Of a stretch of 64,000 bases of DNA, positions 28,060 to 42,205 are shown in pieces. The stretch comes from the human T2T-CHM13v2.0 reference genome, Homo sapiens, in assembly GCF_009914755.1 (NCBI RefSeq), contig NC_060935.1. The stretch is one strand, 5' to 3'. The first letter of the stretch is position 1. The number at the start of each line of letters is the position of its first letter. The notes under the pieces are model-generated. The model made no database searches. It had not been told where the DNA came from and saw only the letters and a program-made list of their open reading frames with translations. The position numbers and the translations under genes were made by a program.

Positions 28060-28700
28060 ACAGTGGCTAGGGCATGGTTCTAGAGTCAGACTTGGGTTCC
28101 AGCTTCAGCTCGGTGAGTTCATTAGCTGTGTAATTTTAGGTAATTTGTCTCATCTAAGTTTCACTTTCCTTTTATATGAATCAACACTATTGATAGCACT
28201 ACCAGAAGGGGTAAACAAAGACTTATTTGTTCTTACTCATATATGGGTCTCATGAAGACAGGGATTAGATTGGTGGTTACCAGAGGCAGAGAAGAGTAGG
28301 AGGGAGTGGGGAAGAAAGGGAGGTTGAGTTGTAGGTACAAACATACAGTTCAGTAGAGGAAATAAGAGCAAGTGTTTGCTAGATCAGTAGGGTGACTGTA
28401 GTATACAATAATCTATTGCATAGTTCAAAACATCTAGAGGAAAATAATTTGAATGTTTCTCGCATAAAGAAGAGACAAATATTTGAGGTGATTTGATTAC
28501 CCTGATTTGATCTTTACGAATTATATAAATGTATTAGATCATCACATGTACCCCAAAATATGTGCATCTATTTATGTATAAATAAAAATAAGATAAATTA
28601 TTGGAAGGGTTCAATAAACCAAAGTATGTAAGACATAAACCACAGTTCTCTCAGAAAGCACATGCTCAAATGAATTCTATGTGCTTGACTGCTGTAAGCC
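28060..28700 (+). mobile_element. MIR split by an L1MA insertion
   Basis: tctagagtcagacttgggttcc...gctgtgtaat (5' part) and gggttcaataa...gctcaaatgaa (3' part after 28600). Confidence 0.6.
28212..28598 (+). mobile_element. L1MA 3' end
   Basis: gtggttaccagaggc...gtacaaacatacagtt...agggtgactgtagt...catgtaccccaaaatatgtgcatc. Confidence 0.85.
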
Positions 28701-29329
28701 ATTATGGATCCCTGTATACTTCTAGTCAGCAGCCAGCTCCTTGCATCTTCAGATCCACACTCTGCTCAGAGACACAATACTATGTCTCTGTTTTATCATT
28801 CTGACCAGTCCAGGGAAGAGGGACTGCTATTTTTATTTCTTTCTAACACTGGAGGCTGTTCAAACCCTGCCAGTGCAGCTTGTTTTCTTGATTTTAATTA
28901 AGTAAGGCTTTACGGTACTTGCTTCAGTAAAGCCCAAGTAATAGAGAGGAGGTTAGTTGGTTGAACCCAGACTCCAGGGTGTCAGTCTCAGCTTTGCTGA
29001 AGATGCTGGGCAATCTAGCTTGGCATCTTGTTGTGGAAGAGAATTAATAAAAAATGATTATGTCGCTCTTTGCAAATATGACCTGTAGCAGGAATAATCA
29101 ATGGTAATAATATAGGACTGGAGCCTCTGGAGAGTAAACTAACCTTTACCAGTGGGTATACTCCAGGAAACCAGCCCCTCCTGGGTCTTCCTAAGGGCTG
29201 CCTGGCATTCAGTAGATATACAGGTATTCCAAATAAATGCACGCAATTACTCCAGGGAGTTCCTTTGCTCACCAGAGAATCTGATCACCGCATCATCCTT
29301 GCTTCCTCCTGCTCCACTGTGTACCTCCA

Positions 29330-29620
29330 GTGTGTCGTGAGTTCCAATATATCTGAGATATTTTTCTTTCTTTTCATTGCCACCACTTTGGCCTTGGTCC
29401 AAGCCCTTAGTTCCTTTCTGGAATAGTACAACAGGCTTCCAACTGGTCTCTCTGCCTCCCCTGTCTTACTATGATGCAGGCCTTCTTTCATACTAGTGTG
29501 AGAGTGACTTTTTTAATACACCGAGAACTGACCCATCACTTCTTTAATTCGTGTTTCTCATCGGCTTCTCACCACATGCAGAATCAATGCCAAACCCTTC
29601 TGTGCATGGCATGCAAGGGC
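29330..29620 (+). mobile_element. L2 fragment
   Basis: tgccaccactttggccttggtccaagccc...actggtctctctgcctcc. Confidence 0.7.
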
Positions 29621-29669
29621 AGGGGGTCTCAAAAAGAACTGACATGTAGGTCTGCCTATTCTGTCAGGA

Positions 29670-29830
29670 ATTCACCCCAATGACATAACAAAATAAGTTT
29701 TATTATTATTCTCACATCCGGTTTAAAGAAAATGAGAATCAGACCATTTTGGTAGCTTGTCAAAAGTCTTAATGTGAATACTTGACCTCACAGGGTCTAA
29801 CTTCGAAGGCCGTGTTCTTTCCACCAGGCC
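29670..29830 (-). mobile_element. MIR
   Basis: tattattattctcac...gaaaatgag...cttgtcaaaagtc...gtctaacttcgaaggccgtgttctttcca. Confidence 0.55.
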
Positions 29831-29974
29831 TCACTGCCTCATTCACAAGCTACTCCTGGCAGGTTCCGGTTAACATTTCCAGCCACAGTTGTTTCTCTGC
29901 CTACCCTCATGCTCTGCTTGGAAGAGCCACACCAAGCAACCCACATTTACCCACCAGCATGCAAATATTCAGGC

Positions 29975-30350
29975 TGCAAGCCTTTGCACGGAGTGCTGTA
30001 TGCTTAGCACACCATTCCCACCACGCTTCCTCTTGTAGGGCTCCTCTGTGGCTCAATTCCTGCTCTTCCTTTAAAGAGTCAGTTGAAATGCCACCCATCC
30101 AGGAAAGCTTTCTCAGTTCCTTGGGCAAAGTTCATTGTTCCTTCTTTTGTGTTACTTTACAATAGCTATCACCCTTTCATTCATATACCTCTGCGTTAAT
30201 GCTGCATTATCATTGCACGTGTTTACATTTCACCTACCTACCTCTCTTCAATGCCTGGGAACTGTCTGATCGATATCTGTATCTCTAGTGCCTGGCACAG
30301 TATAGGGAGCATGGAAGGTGCTGACATCTACTTTAGTGAATGAGAATAAA
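29975..30350 (+). mobile_element. L2 3' end
   Basis: gcctttgcacg...ctagtgcctggcacag...gtgaatga. Confidence 0.7.
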
Positions 30351-31859
30351 GGAAAAATAAAATATCAATCGCAGAAGTTATTCTTTTCCTTGTACTGACA
30401 TTTGTCTGTCTCTCTAATAACCATCACACACACACACAAATACTTTTTCTCCTTGTAAATTCAGGTTACGTTGAGTTAACATTTTTCAAATAAATTTAGC
30501 AAGGAAAATGCTAAATCAGCTCTGTGTAAATCAAGCAACCATGCTTGTGCATGAGAATCAATTACTCTATATCCCAGTTTTATAAAATAACATTCCTACT
30601 GGCACCTGGCTAATTTATAAGCTAGCTTAGGAACACCTATGCCTGCATCTCCAGCCCCTCCTCTCCATAATATAACAGAGTGCTTACATCTAGAGGGATT
30701 ACTCAGCTGTTTCTTGAGGTTAGTTAGGCAACTCTGCCAAAGCCACTGGAGAAGACACAAACTCCTATAATATAAATATCTGGCTGTAAATCTCTTGCCA
30801 GTTACTTTTAACTATGAAAGCTCTATCAGTTTGACCCTTCAGCAGCACAAACCTAAGCTTCCCATCTTCGTTGATGTCATCACTTACGACAAAACACACT
30901 AGGAGGAAGGGGTTGAAACCATGGCAAAGTGCAGTTATTTGTATCACATTATCTCACAGGATAGTTGGCTGCCGAAGAGCACTGAGAGAAAATGAACTCG
31001 GTGAGAGCAACTTTTGCAATCGTTGCCGCTGAAGACTGGCGCTCGGAACTAGGGGAGTGGGTGGGGGATGCTCGATGGTCTTTGTCATTACTTGCAGCCA
31101 AAGAAACCACATCATTATTTCTGAAGGAGACTCTGGCCAGACATTTCATTTGAAAACTGTCATTTTACAAATGTTTAATTACTTCTCAAATGCAAAGGAT
31201 GACTGCAAATTTGTGATCTGTCGTGTAAGAAGCTATCAACCTCAACCTCCTTGAGTCACTGGAAAGAAAAACATTTTCCATAGAAAATTAAAGCAGTTTG
31301 ATCACTTTGTATTCAAAATGATTGTTCTGTCTTTCCTATGGCTTTGTTCTCTGATCTCATCTATACCTCAGGGGAGAGCTCCCAGTTAAAGCCCCATGGT
31401 GAGCAATGGCTTCTCTCTCTTCCCACTATGCTCATTCCTGGGACTCGAGATTTACTTTAGTTCCAGCTGCATGACTAAGAAATCACCTGAAAATGAACTT
31501 CTGATTTTAATTAGGAGAACCCCATGACATTTCTCTGGGATTCTTTGAAGACCTAGCTCATTTGGTTTTCACGTATAAAGTTTGAAGCTGGCCCAGTTTT
31601 TAACGGGGGTGGTTGCCATTTCTAACGATGTTGTATGTTCATTTTGACAGATATAAATGAGTAACTTGGTCCCTAGATTTAGATGCAGAGAGGACACAGA
31701 AATGAATAAGGAGAAATCTTTGCGTGCTGTAGCTCCGCTGGTCTCTACACCTGGAATGCACCCCCCAGCACCACCCATTTCCCTAACCCCAATCCACTGC
31801 CGTTCAGTTCCAATCCTCACTTCTCCACACAGCTTCCTGTGACACCTGCAACTAAAAAT

Positions 31860-32080
31860 AATCCCACCCTTCCTCCATTAGATTTCCCACAGCTTTTTAT
31901 CTGGAAAATTCTCCCAACATGGATAGTTAATAACCATGTTATATAGTTATTGCTTTTTTCTTTTCTCCTCAGATAGCCTTTAAGTTATTTGAGGACAAGG
32001 TTTTTATCTCATGAATTTTGTATTTCTCCAGAGACTAGCATGCAGGAGGCACTGAACACAAATGTGTTATATTAATGAAA
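31860..32080 (+). mobile_element. L2 3' end
   Basis: taagttatttgaggacaagg...tgtatttctcc...gcaggaggcactgaacacaaatgtg. Confidence 0.55.
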
Positions 32081-32255
32081 GGATAAATTTCCTCAAATTA
32101 TTTATATTATAGTGGATGTGTGTGGGGAGAAAGGGGGAGGAATACAGTTTGAAGCAGAAAAATGATGTCAGTATTATGAGACGGAAACCAGGGGCTCGAC
32201 AAATTCCAATGAAAGAAAGTCAGTAATTTAATTGGAGGCAGTAGTAATAATTCAA

Positions 32256-32358
32256 GGCTGGAGCAACAGCTGTTCTAATCTGCCCAGGACTGAAGGGTTT
32301 CTCAGGATGGGAAAAAATGGGACAGTCCCAGGCAAACCTTGATGAGGTGGTCACCCTA
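32256..32358 (+). mobile_element. MER94-like hAT-Blackjack MITE
   Basis: tgcccaggactgaagggtttctcagga...gtcccaggcaaacc...ggtcacccta. Confidence 0.75.
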
Positions 32359-35300
32359 CTCAAGGCCAAGACTCATTTACAGTAGCGACCGGAGGAGACG
32401 TTCCACAGGAAAAACAGCCTGCCACAGCCAGAGAAGGGTTCTGACCTTGGTGTTTGATTATATATGCTGCCAAAAAATGGTATAATAATTTCCTTCAAGT
32501 TTTTCTATAACTATTAAGAGTATGGTAACCAGGTTTTTACAAGTTTTCCAAAGGTTAAAGAAGAAATGATTTGGGCTGATTTATATTTCATCAAGAAGAA
32601 TGTAGGCTGGATCTCAGGAAGAGTTTTCTCACACTAAGTTACCTAGAAGAAAAACCAAGTGTTGTCCACATCCAAAAACCTTTTTCCCTTGGAACGAAAC
32701 AGCTCTGGAAGTATTAACTTTTTACATTAATTTATTGTGAACGCAATAATGAACATGCACTTATGAAGCATAAGTTTGTAATATAAATAACTGATATTAT
32801 AGATATTAAAATTAATACAGCTTTCCATTTTGTAGACTAAGTGGCATAATGAGCCAATTCTAGCTCACATTATTTTTCTCAAGCTTTACATGAATAGCAG
32901 ACTGTGAAACCTGTTTTATCTTGAGCATCTCCTCAATGTGCTGATTCAGTCATACTCCATTCATCAGAACCAGGAAGATGTGGGAGGGGAGAATATCACA
33001 GAGGCTGGAAGCTGGGGGTTGATAGCAGGGCAAGGACATAAGACAAATGCTAGCAAGAAAAAAATGGGTCAAATTGGGAATAAGTGGTCACAACCTAAGC
33101 AGAGGCTTGAGAAGCCAAAGCAGGTAAACCAGAAACAAATGATCCCCTATAGGGTTGAGGTGCTGTAGGAAATCAGGTTGGGATGAAGCTGAGAGAAGTG
33201 CCTCACTCACAGCCAGAGCAAACGTGCACTAGCAAGCCTAGTGAAGCCTTGGTAGATGGTTGGGCTCTGCAGTCCGGTCACCTATTTTCTGCTATTCTGT
33301 TTGTGGGAAATTCTGCCCCAGAGAGCCATAAATGCTCCATAAGTGGCTTCTCATCAGATTCAAGGCACAGCCTCAATTCATTCTAAACAGCCAATCAGAG
33401 GATGGTTAGAGGAAATCTGTGACTAAGCAATGCATTTAGAAACTTATTCCTGGACGATGTCACATTCCCTAAACTGTGATTTAAAATTAGATAGGGGCAG
33501 AACAGATGAAAAGAAACTGGAGAAAAATAATCTCTTCATCTTGCAGAGGAAGTGTCATGAGATGAGCTGCTGGCGGGGATGTCACCCTTTCTGCTCATCC
33601 AGGCCTCCTGGAGAGCCTCCTAAGACTAGGCCAATGGCCACTATCCTGGAGAAAAGCACAGAGCATTGTAATCCTGTTCTCTCTAACAAAAAAGCTACGT
33701 CTTGGGTAAACCTTTGCCGGTGTACAACAGGATACATGCCCTTTTACAAAAGGAGGAGCTCATTGTTCAGGAATCTAAATCGGGACATCCTCACAGAACT
33801 TTAAATCAATTCAAGAAAACCTCAAAGACAGCTATATTTTCAGTCTGTTGCAAGAACTGCATAAACTCAAAACATGCATACGGAACAAAACAAAGCCAGC
33901 TAATTGATTTTATATACCTAAGCATTCACCTTTAGGAGAATTCCTTGGGATTCTTCTCTGCCAAACCATTGGAACTGTCCCAAGAAACACTTCAAAGAAA
34001 ACCGAGGAAATAGATATTGGAATCCCAGTCGTTCTTCCCCCTTCCTTGTATGACTAATCTTAGGGGTAACTACAAATGCTGAAAGATGAAATAATATAAT
34101 GGCCTTTTAGCAGAATGGAGAGGGGCAGCATATAACACCTTGCACTGAATTTAGAGAACAGACATATTTTTTTACTTGAGAAAAGTAGAAATAGTATTAT
34201 CAAGGCATGCAGAATGGCTGGAGAAAGAAGAAATCTGGGAAGCAAAATTATGGTTGCTGGTGAAATTTCTAGGAGCACATTATATGTGGGTATGCTTGCA
34301 TGGAATGAACAAAAGAGTCGTCTTTTGAAACCTCTTCTGGGGATGCACTGCTATATTTGTTGAGTTCTCAAGTGCTTATTTTTAGACATGAAGTATGTTA
34401 CCAAACACATATTTTCCGTGTAGTAATCAGATGACCAGTCAACAAAGTCAATCTATGTTAACTAAATAAATAGATGGGATAAAAGTAGAGATTGTATTCC
34501 ATAACCATGCCCAAGTAGAAAAAGGCATTCAAGCTGTCCAGAATATGACCCCAACCAACTTTCCCATGCCTTAGGCCTGCTGCCTTCTTCAAAAGACTCC
34601 CGGTTCCGGTTCAATCCGCTGCTTGTGCTGCCCAGACATGCCCTGTGCTTTGGTACCTGCTGGATTTGGTCTGTTTTTCCCTTTCCTGGAACACCCATCT
34701 TCTCCCTGCTTCCCCCATCAGATTTTCCTGAGCCTGAATTTCACCTCCTTGATGAAGCCCTGTCACCATGAAAATCATACCGTTTTTAAATTCAAAGAAT
34801 TCTGAGTGACCTCTAGCCAACGCTTCGTTTAATAACCTTTGAGACTGAAGCCTGAGAAAATAGGCCTTGCTTGAGGCTCCATAGCAGTGAGTGGCAGTGA
34901 CACCTTCCTCTTCCGTCCCTCTGCGGGCCTCTGCACTGACGTGTCTTCATGTTATACCGCTTGTGTGTCTGTCTTACTTTCTTCATCACAGTCCCTTCTC
35001 TCCCCACGAATGAGCTGCTTATGTAGGACAAGGTCTACCCGAAATGTAGAATCTTGAAAACATAGGGGAATGCCTAACACATGTTAATTCTCTCTAGTTG
35101 AAATGAAGAGAGAAAAACAAATCTTTCTCTCAAATTCAATCTATATTCACAGGTAAAATCTTCAGAATGGCATTGATGATGGGATAGGCATTTCCCAAAT
35201 AAAATTTGGTGATCTTAAAAGAGGTTGTATCTAAGAGAATTCAGACATATAGAAACAATTTGTGTATTTTCATAAGCTGGAAAGTCCAATAACATACTGA

Positions 35301-35739
35301 GATTTACGTTTTTGTCACTGACTGTTTTAAACCTGATTATTTTAACAAGCACTTTCTAACTTTTGCCACTGTACTGCCTGACAGTTTTTATTGCCAGTCA
35401 GCTGATTAGCTGGAGTGTTCAAGTCAAATTAAAATGTGACACATTTATTGAACATATAAATAATGCACATGTATTTTATTCTACCTATACTCTACAAAGG
35501 ATTAAAAATGAGAAAAACAGTCTTTGAGCTTCAAGGAGCTTGCGTTTTTATTTATTAATTTTTTCAAAGATGTGCTTACAACATGGGATAGAGCAGAGGA
35601 GATAGCTCAAAAATAACAATTTTAAAAGAGTAAGAGGACTACTGGTTATTGCCAATAATACAGGAAATGGATATTTGTGGTCTCCGAGTGAATTATTACA
35701 GTATAGGGGAAAGGGTGCAAGTTATAAGGTCTGTCAAAA

Positions 35740-36255
35740 CTTGCAGAAGTTTTTGCTCTGCCATTCATTAGTAGTGGAATCTTGGGAAAACTGCTTCTTG
35801 TCTCTAAGCCTTGGTTTTCATCCACGGCATAGGATTAATAATGGTATTTTCCTCAAGGCATCAAGGTGAGGGTTGAATGAAGTAGAGTTGGCTCTCTTTA
35901 TCAGCGAGTTCCATGTCCACAGATTTAACCAACCACAGAAATACAGCAATAAAAATAACCATATAACAATATAAATAGCAAAAATATAAAACTACAGCAT
36001 AACAACTATCTATGTAGCATTTACATTTATTAGGTATTATAAGTAACCTAGAAGTGATTTATATGAGAGGAAGTTCATAGATTAAATGCAAGTGCTATGC
36101 CATTTTATATAAGGTATTTGAGCATCTGCTGATTTTGGTGTCTGTTGGGGTCCTGGATCCAGTGCTGCATTGATACCGAGAAATGACCGTAATACATGCG
36201 AACTACTTAGTAAAGCTCATAGCAGGAACTCAATGAATGTAAGCTATTATTAGTT
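35740..36255 (+). mobile_element. MIR split by MER2
   Basis: ctctgccattcattagtag...gtgagggttgaatga, resumes after 36190 aatacatgcgaactacttag...ctcaatgaatgtaagctatta. Confidence 0.7.
35885..36189. mobile_element. MER2-family Tigger MITE with TA target duplications
   Basis: gatttaaccaaccac...catttacatttattaggtattataagtaacctaga...ttgagcatc...gataccgag...gaccg; TA on both sides. Confidence 0.85.
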
Positions 36256-36777
36256 TCAGGAAAAGAACCTGTAGAGAAGAAGAATCATAGGCAAAGTATA
36301 TGTTTTAGGAACAAACAGAAGGTGAGTAACCAAGAAGGAAAAAAAGGCAGATTGGCCAGGGCCAAAGCCACAATTGCGAGATGCATAAAAGTAAAGTGAA
36401 AGGACGGAGAGCCAATGAATCTAGGCTACACTTGAAGAAGCAGGTCTGTTTATGACTACCTGGTTTTCCCAACACCTATTTGGGCAAAAAAAGATACCTC
36501 AGGATATTTTTTTCTGGGGCGTTGGTCAACCTAGAATAATTCTACCTATGCTCAATAAAAACTTTTTTTGTACTTACCATCTAATTCTACCTTCATCTTT
36601 GGAGACATGGCTTTCAGTGTGTTTTAAAATGAGATATGAACTATTTTTTGTAACAGAAGACCTTGAGTAGTAAAAGGAAGCTCACCTACTTGTTATACAG
36701 TTTACAAGATTTTTACACACACGCATACCGGTTAAACTAATGCACACGCTGTTAGTAAAATGTATAGTTGGCACTAT

Positions 36778-36905
36778 TAAATTCTTCCCAAAGTTAGTTT
36801 GGTTCACCTCCAGTAATGATAAAGGACATCTTGGATGTTAGAAGCAAGATGGAGTCAGATACTTCAGATTTCTCTTACTGTCATAATTTTGCAAAGGCAG
36901 TTTCA
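36778..36905 (-). mobile_element. LTR8-family (LTR8B-like) solo LTR, 5' piece
   Basis: Minus strand reads TGAAACTGCCTTTGCAAAATTATGACAGTAAGAGAAATCTG...GACTCCATCTTGCTTCTAAC...CTAACTTTGGGAAGAATTTA and then stops. Confidence 0.88.
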
Positions 36906-37030
36906 TATCTATTACCTGTGCTAACTTAGGGATATGTATTAACCTTCTAGGATCTGTTTCTTAATGCATAAAATAAGGGAGTAGAAGAAGATGGTCTCTG
37001 AAATCCATTTCTGCTCTAATGTTCTAGATT
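36906..37030 (+). mobile_element. MIR 3' half (partner of 59436-59500)
   Basis: ctgtgctaacttaggg...ttaacc...gtttcttaatgcataaaataaggg...gatggtctctgaaatcc...ctgctctaatgttct. Confidence 0.7.
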
Positions 37031-37479
37031 TTTATTCCTGGGAGTATACATTTTGTAACACTTCTCAAAATTTTTTCACAGATGGTTTTATATCATAGTC
37101 TATCAATTGTTTCATTTGTTCATTCACCAAATATACATTAATACCTCCTATGTGAAAGCATATTCAAGGAGAATTTGTTGAGCACCATCTCTGAATTAGG
37201 CACTTTGCTACACACAGAAGATAAAATAATGTAAATCATCACTATGTGTCTTTTGTAGGATTATTTCCACACCCCTCAGACTATATTTTAAGCACTTGGA
37301 GGACACACTGGTTGTGTCAACCTGAGCACCTAAGATGTGCAATGTGGATGTTTGCTCAATGGAATCAAATTGAATCCCACTTTAATTCTTTTGCCCTCAT
37401 TTTAATATTTTTAATGGTGAGCAGAGACATTGACAAAGGAGACAGTAGCCATATTTATGAAGTTTTCTTTTCTTTCATT

Positions 37480-37509
37480 AGAAGTATATGTTGCAGAAGT
37501 ATATGTTGC
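37480..37509 (+). repeat. 15-bp exact tandem duplication
   Basis: agaagtatatgttgc x2. Confidence 0.9.
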
Positions 37510-38016
37510 AGCAGATCAATGGCTGAAGTAGTCTAGTCCTACTCGAAACATTCTAAGATACTCTGAATCTTTCTATGTCTTCTGGATACCAAACCACCAC
37601 TTCTTAAGAAATCAATAAAATGACCTATTGCTTTCTTGAATGTCAATTGTATTTATGATATGTTAGAAACTATTGGGGAGGGGGTTGAGAAAAATCCAAG
37701 GAAGTATTTATTTTGGAGGAGAGACAGAACATATATTCACAAAACAATTCGAGGAAATTCTTTCAACTGAGCAAGAGTTAAACTACACAATAATAGGGCC
37801 AGGGAGAGTCTATTTACTCTCCACGTAGACTGAATTGACATTTTCTGTTGAATGTCTGAGGGACGCTTCGAAGTCAACATGTGCAGAATGGAACTCAAAC
37901 CTGGCCTATGTCTAGTGTCCCTCTCCCAGTGATTGGCCCCTCCATGCACTTAGATCCACAAGCCTTAATCATCACCAGTCATAGACATTGACTTCACTTT
38001 CTGTAGCCAATGATAC

Positions 38017-38406
38017 TGTCTCAGTCTTCTCAGGCTGCCAGAACAAAATACCACAGGCTGAGTGCCTTGAACAACAGAAATTTATTTTCTTGTAGCCCTG
38101 GGGGCTGGGATCTGAGATGAAGTTGGCATCAAGGTTGGCATCTGGTGAGAACTCTCTCCTTCTCTTGTAGACAGTGCCATCTTGCTGTGTCTTCACATGG
38201 CCTTTTCTCTGTGCTTACACACATAAAGATCACTGACATCATTCCTCTTCTCATAAGGACACCAGTTCCGTCAGATTGAGGCCCTAACCTTATGAACCCA
38301 TTTAACTCTCATTACCTCTTCAAAGGCCCTGTCTCCCAAAATAATCAAAGTGGGGATTATGGCTTCAATGTATGAATTTTGGGTGAACCTAATTCAGTCT
38401 ATAACA
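38017..38406 (-). mobile_element. MLT1A-type MaLR solo LTR
   Basis: tgtctcagtc...ggctgccagaacaaaataccaca...aattcagtctataaca; 5-bp flanks gatac/ggtac. Confidence 0.9.
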
Positions 38407-38757
38407 GGTACCAAGTAAGATAACTCCAGCTTCTTACAGCCGCAGTGTTACAGTGGCTTAATACAACTCTACTGCTTGTTCCTATATTCCAGTTGTTGGG
38501 GATGTGGGAGGGGGCGAAGAGCTAGGTTATATGCAGTTATTCAGGAATAAAAGTTGATGGAAGTGCTGCCACCTTCAAAGCATGATGACAGCACCAACTT
38601 TGGTCACAGATATCTAGCAGACAGAATGAACACAACGGTAAGGAGTGAGTGTAATTAAAGGTTGGTTTTTTAGTTTGGAGGGAGCTATTTATTTTTGTTT
38701 GGTGAATAGCTAGCTTGTCTGTCATACCAAATTCTTTTCAACATTCTTCAAAAATAC

Positions 38758-38985
<228 letters not shown>

Positions 38986-39099
38986 TCACCTTCACTACCC
39001 AACAATCTAGTTCAGAATATCATTGTGAACTAGATTGTTCACACTGAACGGATTTACCACAAAAACCTACCAACTTCTTTATCCACATAGATCTTGTAA

Positions 39100-39310
39100 T
39101 TGATTTTATTTTAGTAAAATATACATAATATAAAATTTACTATTTTAACCATTTTAAAGTGTACAGTTTTGTGGCATTAATTACATTTAAAATATTGTGC
39201 AAGCATCACCACTCTATGTCTCCAGAACTTTCCCATCATTCCAACCTCATTTAATGCACTTCTTAAACAATAAGTTTCCATTCATTCCTCCCCCACTCCT
39301 TGTAACCTGC
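39100..39310 (-). mobile_element. L1MB-type 3' end
   Basis: aaaatttactattttaaccattttaaagtgtacag...ttgtgcaagcatcaccac...tccagaacttt. Confidence 0.85.
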
Positions 39311-39378
39311 TCTTGACCAAGTCCAATTGCCCCTGCAGCCAGAATAATCTCCTAAAAAGTCTAATCATTTAATCATTG

Positions 39379-39396
39379 TACACACACAAGCACACG

Positions 39397-39429
<33 letters not shown>
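39379..39429 (+). repeat. Imperfect (CA)n microsatellite
   Basis: Read directly. Confidence 0.9.
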
Positions 39430-39430
<1 letters not shown>

Positions 39431-39986
39431 GTGTTTAGAATTTCAAATGTTTCCCTATGGTTTCGAGGGAAAGCATGGAAGCTCCTGCGATGACTGGCAC
39501 CCTCTGGAGCTCTCACCATAGCTATCTCTTTAACCTGATCTAAAAACACCTCCCCTCCAGGTTCGGTACTCCAGCCAGCCAAAATGGTCCTTCAGAGCTT
39601 CACGTTCCTCAAGCTCTGTCGCTTCCTCAGCAAAGCCATCTCACAACTTCCCAAGTAGGCCGGGCCTGCCCATTATGGAGTCTCATAGCACTCCCCATTT
39701 CTTTCAGAATATGTATTGCATTACTACATATATCTTCCTAATTCTGTAATAGAATCTCTCTTCCTATTGGACCTCAGATTTCACAAAGGCAGAGACTGCA
39801 CTGTTTATGTTCACTATTTTATTTCTAGTACCAAACACAGTGCCTAGTGTATGGTAGGCATTTGATGAATAAATTATGAATGAACAGCTGAATGCTAGTG
39901 GCATCAGCAAAGGTTGAAATCAGAGTTACACAGAAAACGGCTTGGAATAAAGGAGCATGAAAGCATTGGTAAAATTGGCCCAAAAC

Positions 39987-40326
<340 letters not shown>

Positions 40327-40844
40327 CTAGTGAATGAAACAGCATAATTAATTAATTTGCTATTTTATTATTATTCATTTGACATTAAATCTATTTAGCA
40401 TGTCACCTTAAAAAACTCAGTGAAATTTTCTCTTAATTTTCTCTATGGAAAAATAAGAGATTTTCTTAATTTTAGAGCATGCCTTTCTTTGAAGGAAAGG
40501 AGAAGAAAAATCAATACTGTTGAATAGTAACCACTGTGTAAGCAATTTCACATGAGATTATATTTGATATTGAGGTTCTCTTAAAAGAGTAACTATGACA
40601 TTTCTACTGCATCCTTGAAAGCTTTCACAAAGAATGAATCCAAGTCAGAGCCATATACTAATGCATTGAAACTCACAGACATAAAACACAAGACTAGAAC
40701 TTGGTCATTCAAACCCTCAGATAAGTTATTTCTTTCTCAGTCCAATATCCCAGTTACACACTCACATTTCAGCTCTTGAGAAATTGGATGGATTGGTAAT
40801 ATTGATCAAGCCTAGTTAATATGTTAAGGAATTTTTCTCCAAAC

Positions 40845-41490
40845 TATCTTACTGCTGTGTCCCTAGAAAACAGACCCTGAGGAAGTGATTAAATGCCAAT
40901 GCCTTATTTTTGTGGTGAAATCACATGGCAGAGAGATGGAAGGCTAAGGGGAATCAGGAAGGGAAAAACAGGAAGCAACCCAAGGTGACGCTTTACCAAC
41001 ACTGGCTACATAGCAACAATGAACAGGGGAGAGAAACAGCTGGTGACTTGGCAGGTGTTTCTGCTCAGCCATGCAGGATGTCTACAAAGGGACCCTAGAG
41101 AGAGTGTATGCCTTGGAATCATTGGTTCTCAGAAAGAACAGATAGAGAATGCGTTGACCTGGCTCTCTCTCATCTCATGTCCTGTCTTCCTTTGGTGTAA
41201 GTTTGCTTCACAGGGAGTGAACACCTTGGATGTCTAGATTGCCATCCATGGCCCCTGCAGCAATCACTAGAGAAGCCAGATCCCATGCCCTGAAGAATCA
41301 CATTTCATCTGAGGTTGGGTGCAGCAGAGGAGCCAGAGATTTTGGAGGCTCAGCTGGTCAGCTTCAAAAGGTGGAACTGCAAGGTCATGCCAGCTACAAT
41401 GGCAGAGGTATCTGAGCAAGCAAACAAAGGTTTGAGAGTCAAGGAAGCCAACAGAATCTGAGGACCCATGTAGGACACGTGTGACACACA
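40845..41490 (-). mobile_element. ERVL LTR (LTR33/LTR41 group)
   Basis: tccctagaaaacagaccctgagg...ccttattt...ttaccaacactggc pattern of reversed LTR33/41 ends. Confidence 0.55.
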
Positions 41491-41554
41491 AGGCTTTTGA
41501 AGGATTGGTGCATTTAATGTGGTTAGCTTGTAAATTCTAACCTCCTCTCATAGC

Positions 41555-42205
41555 TACCAGATGGCTACAATTTTAAAAGGCTAATAATACTGTCTTGCTG
41601 AGGATGCATCTTAAGTGAAACGTTCAAATATTGCTGCAGGGAGTTGGCTCAACTGTGTTAGAAAACTGTCTGGTAATTTCTATTAAATCTGAACATGCAT
41701 CACTTTATGCCCCCAAATTCAACTTCTAGGTATTTTCCCAATAAAAATTAGTAGTTGTACATTCAAAGGACATGAATAAAAATGTTCAGAGCAATTTTAT
41801 TCAAAATGGCTAAAAGATAAAAACCAACCAGTGTTTATCATAAGAGAATGAACAAATAGATTATGGAATCTGTAAATGGAAAGCTACTCAGCAATTAAAA
41901 AATGAACTATTAAAACACACACAGCATGGAAGGATATCACAGATATTATGTTGAGTGAAGGAAGCTGCACACAAATGAGTACCTCCTAGATGAATCCATT
42001 TATATGAAGCTGAGGAGAGGCACACTAGTGATGATGTTTGGGGAGGGATTAAATGGGAAAGGGCGTGATTAGAGCTTCTGGAACAATGCAATGTGTTATA
42101 TGTTGATCTGCATAGTGTTTGTACAGGTGATTACACATATATAAGTTCTCCTTGCTGTACATATAAGATCTCTGTCCTTTTTTGCATGTAGCTATGCCTC
42201 AGTTA
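41555..42205 (+). mobile_element. Old L1M (MC/ME) 3' region
   Basis: gatggctacaattttaaaagg...ttgctgaggatg...ttatgttgagtgaagg...gattccattta-like...tatgcctca. Confidence 0.8.
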
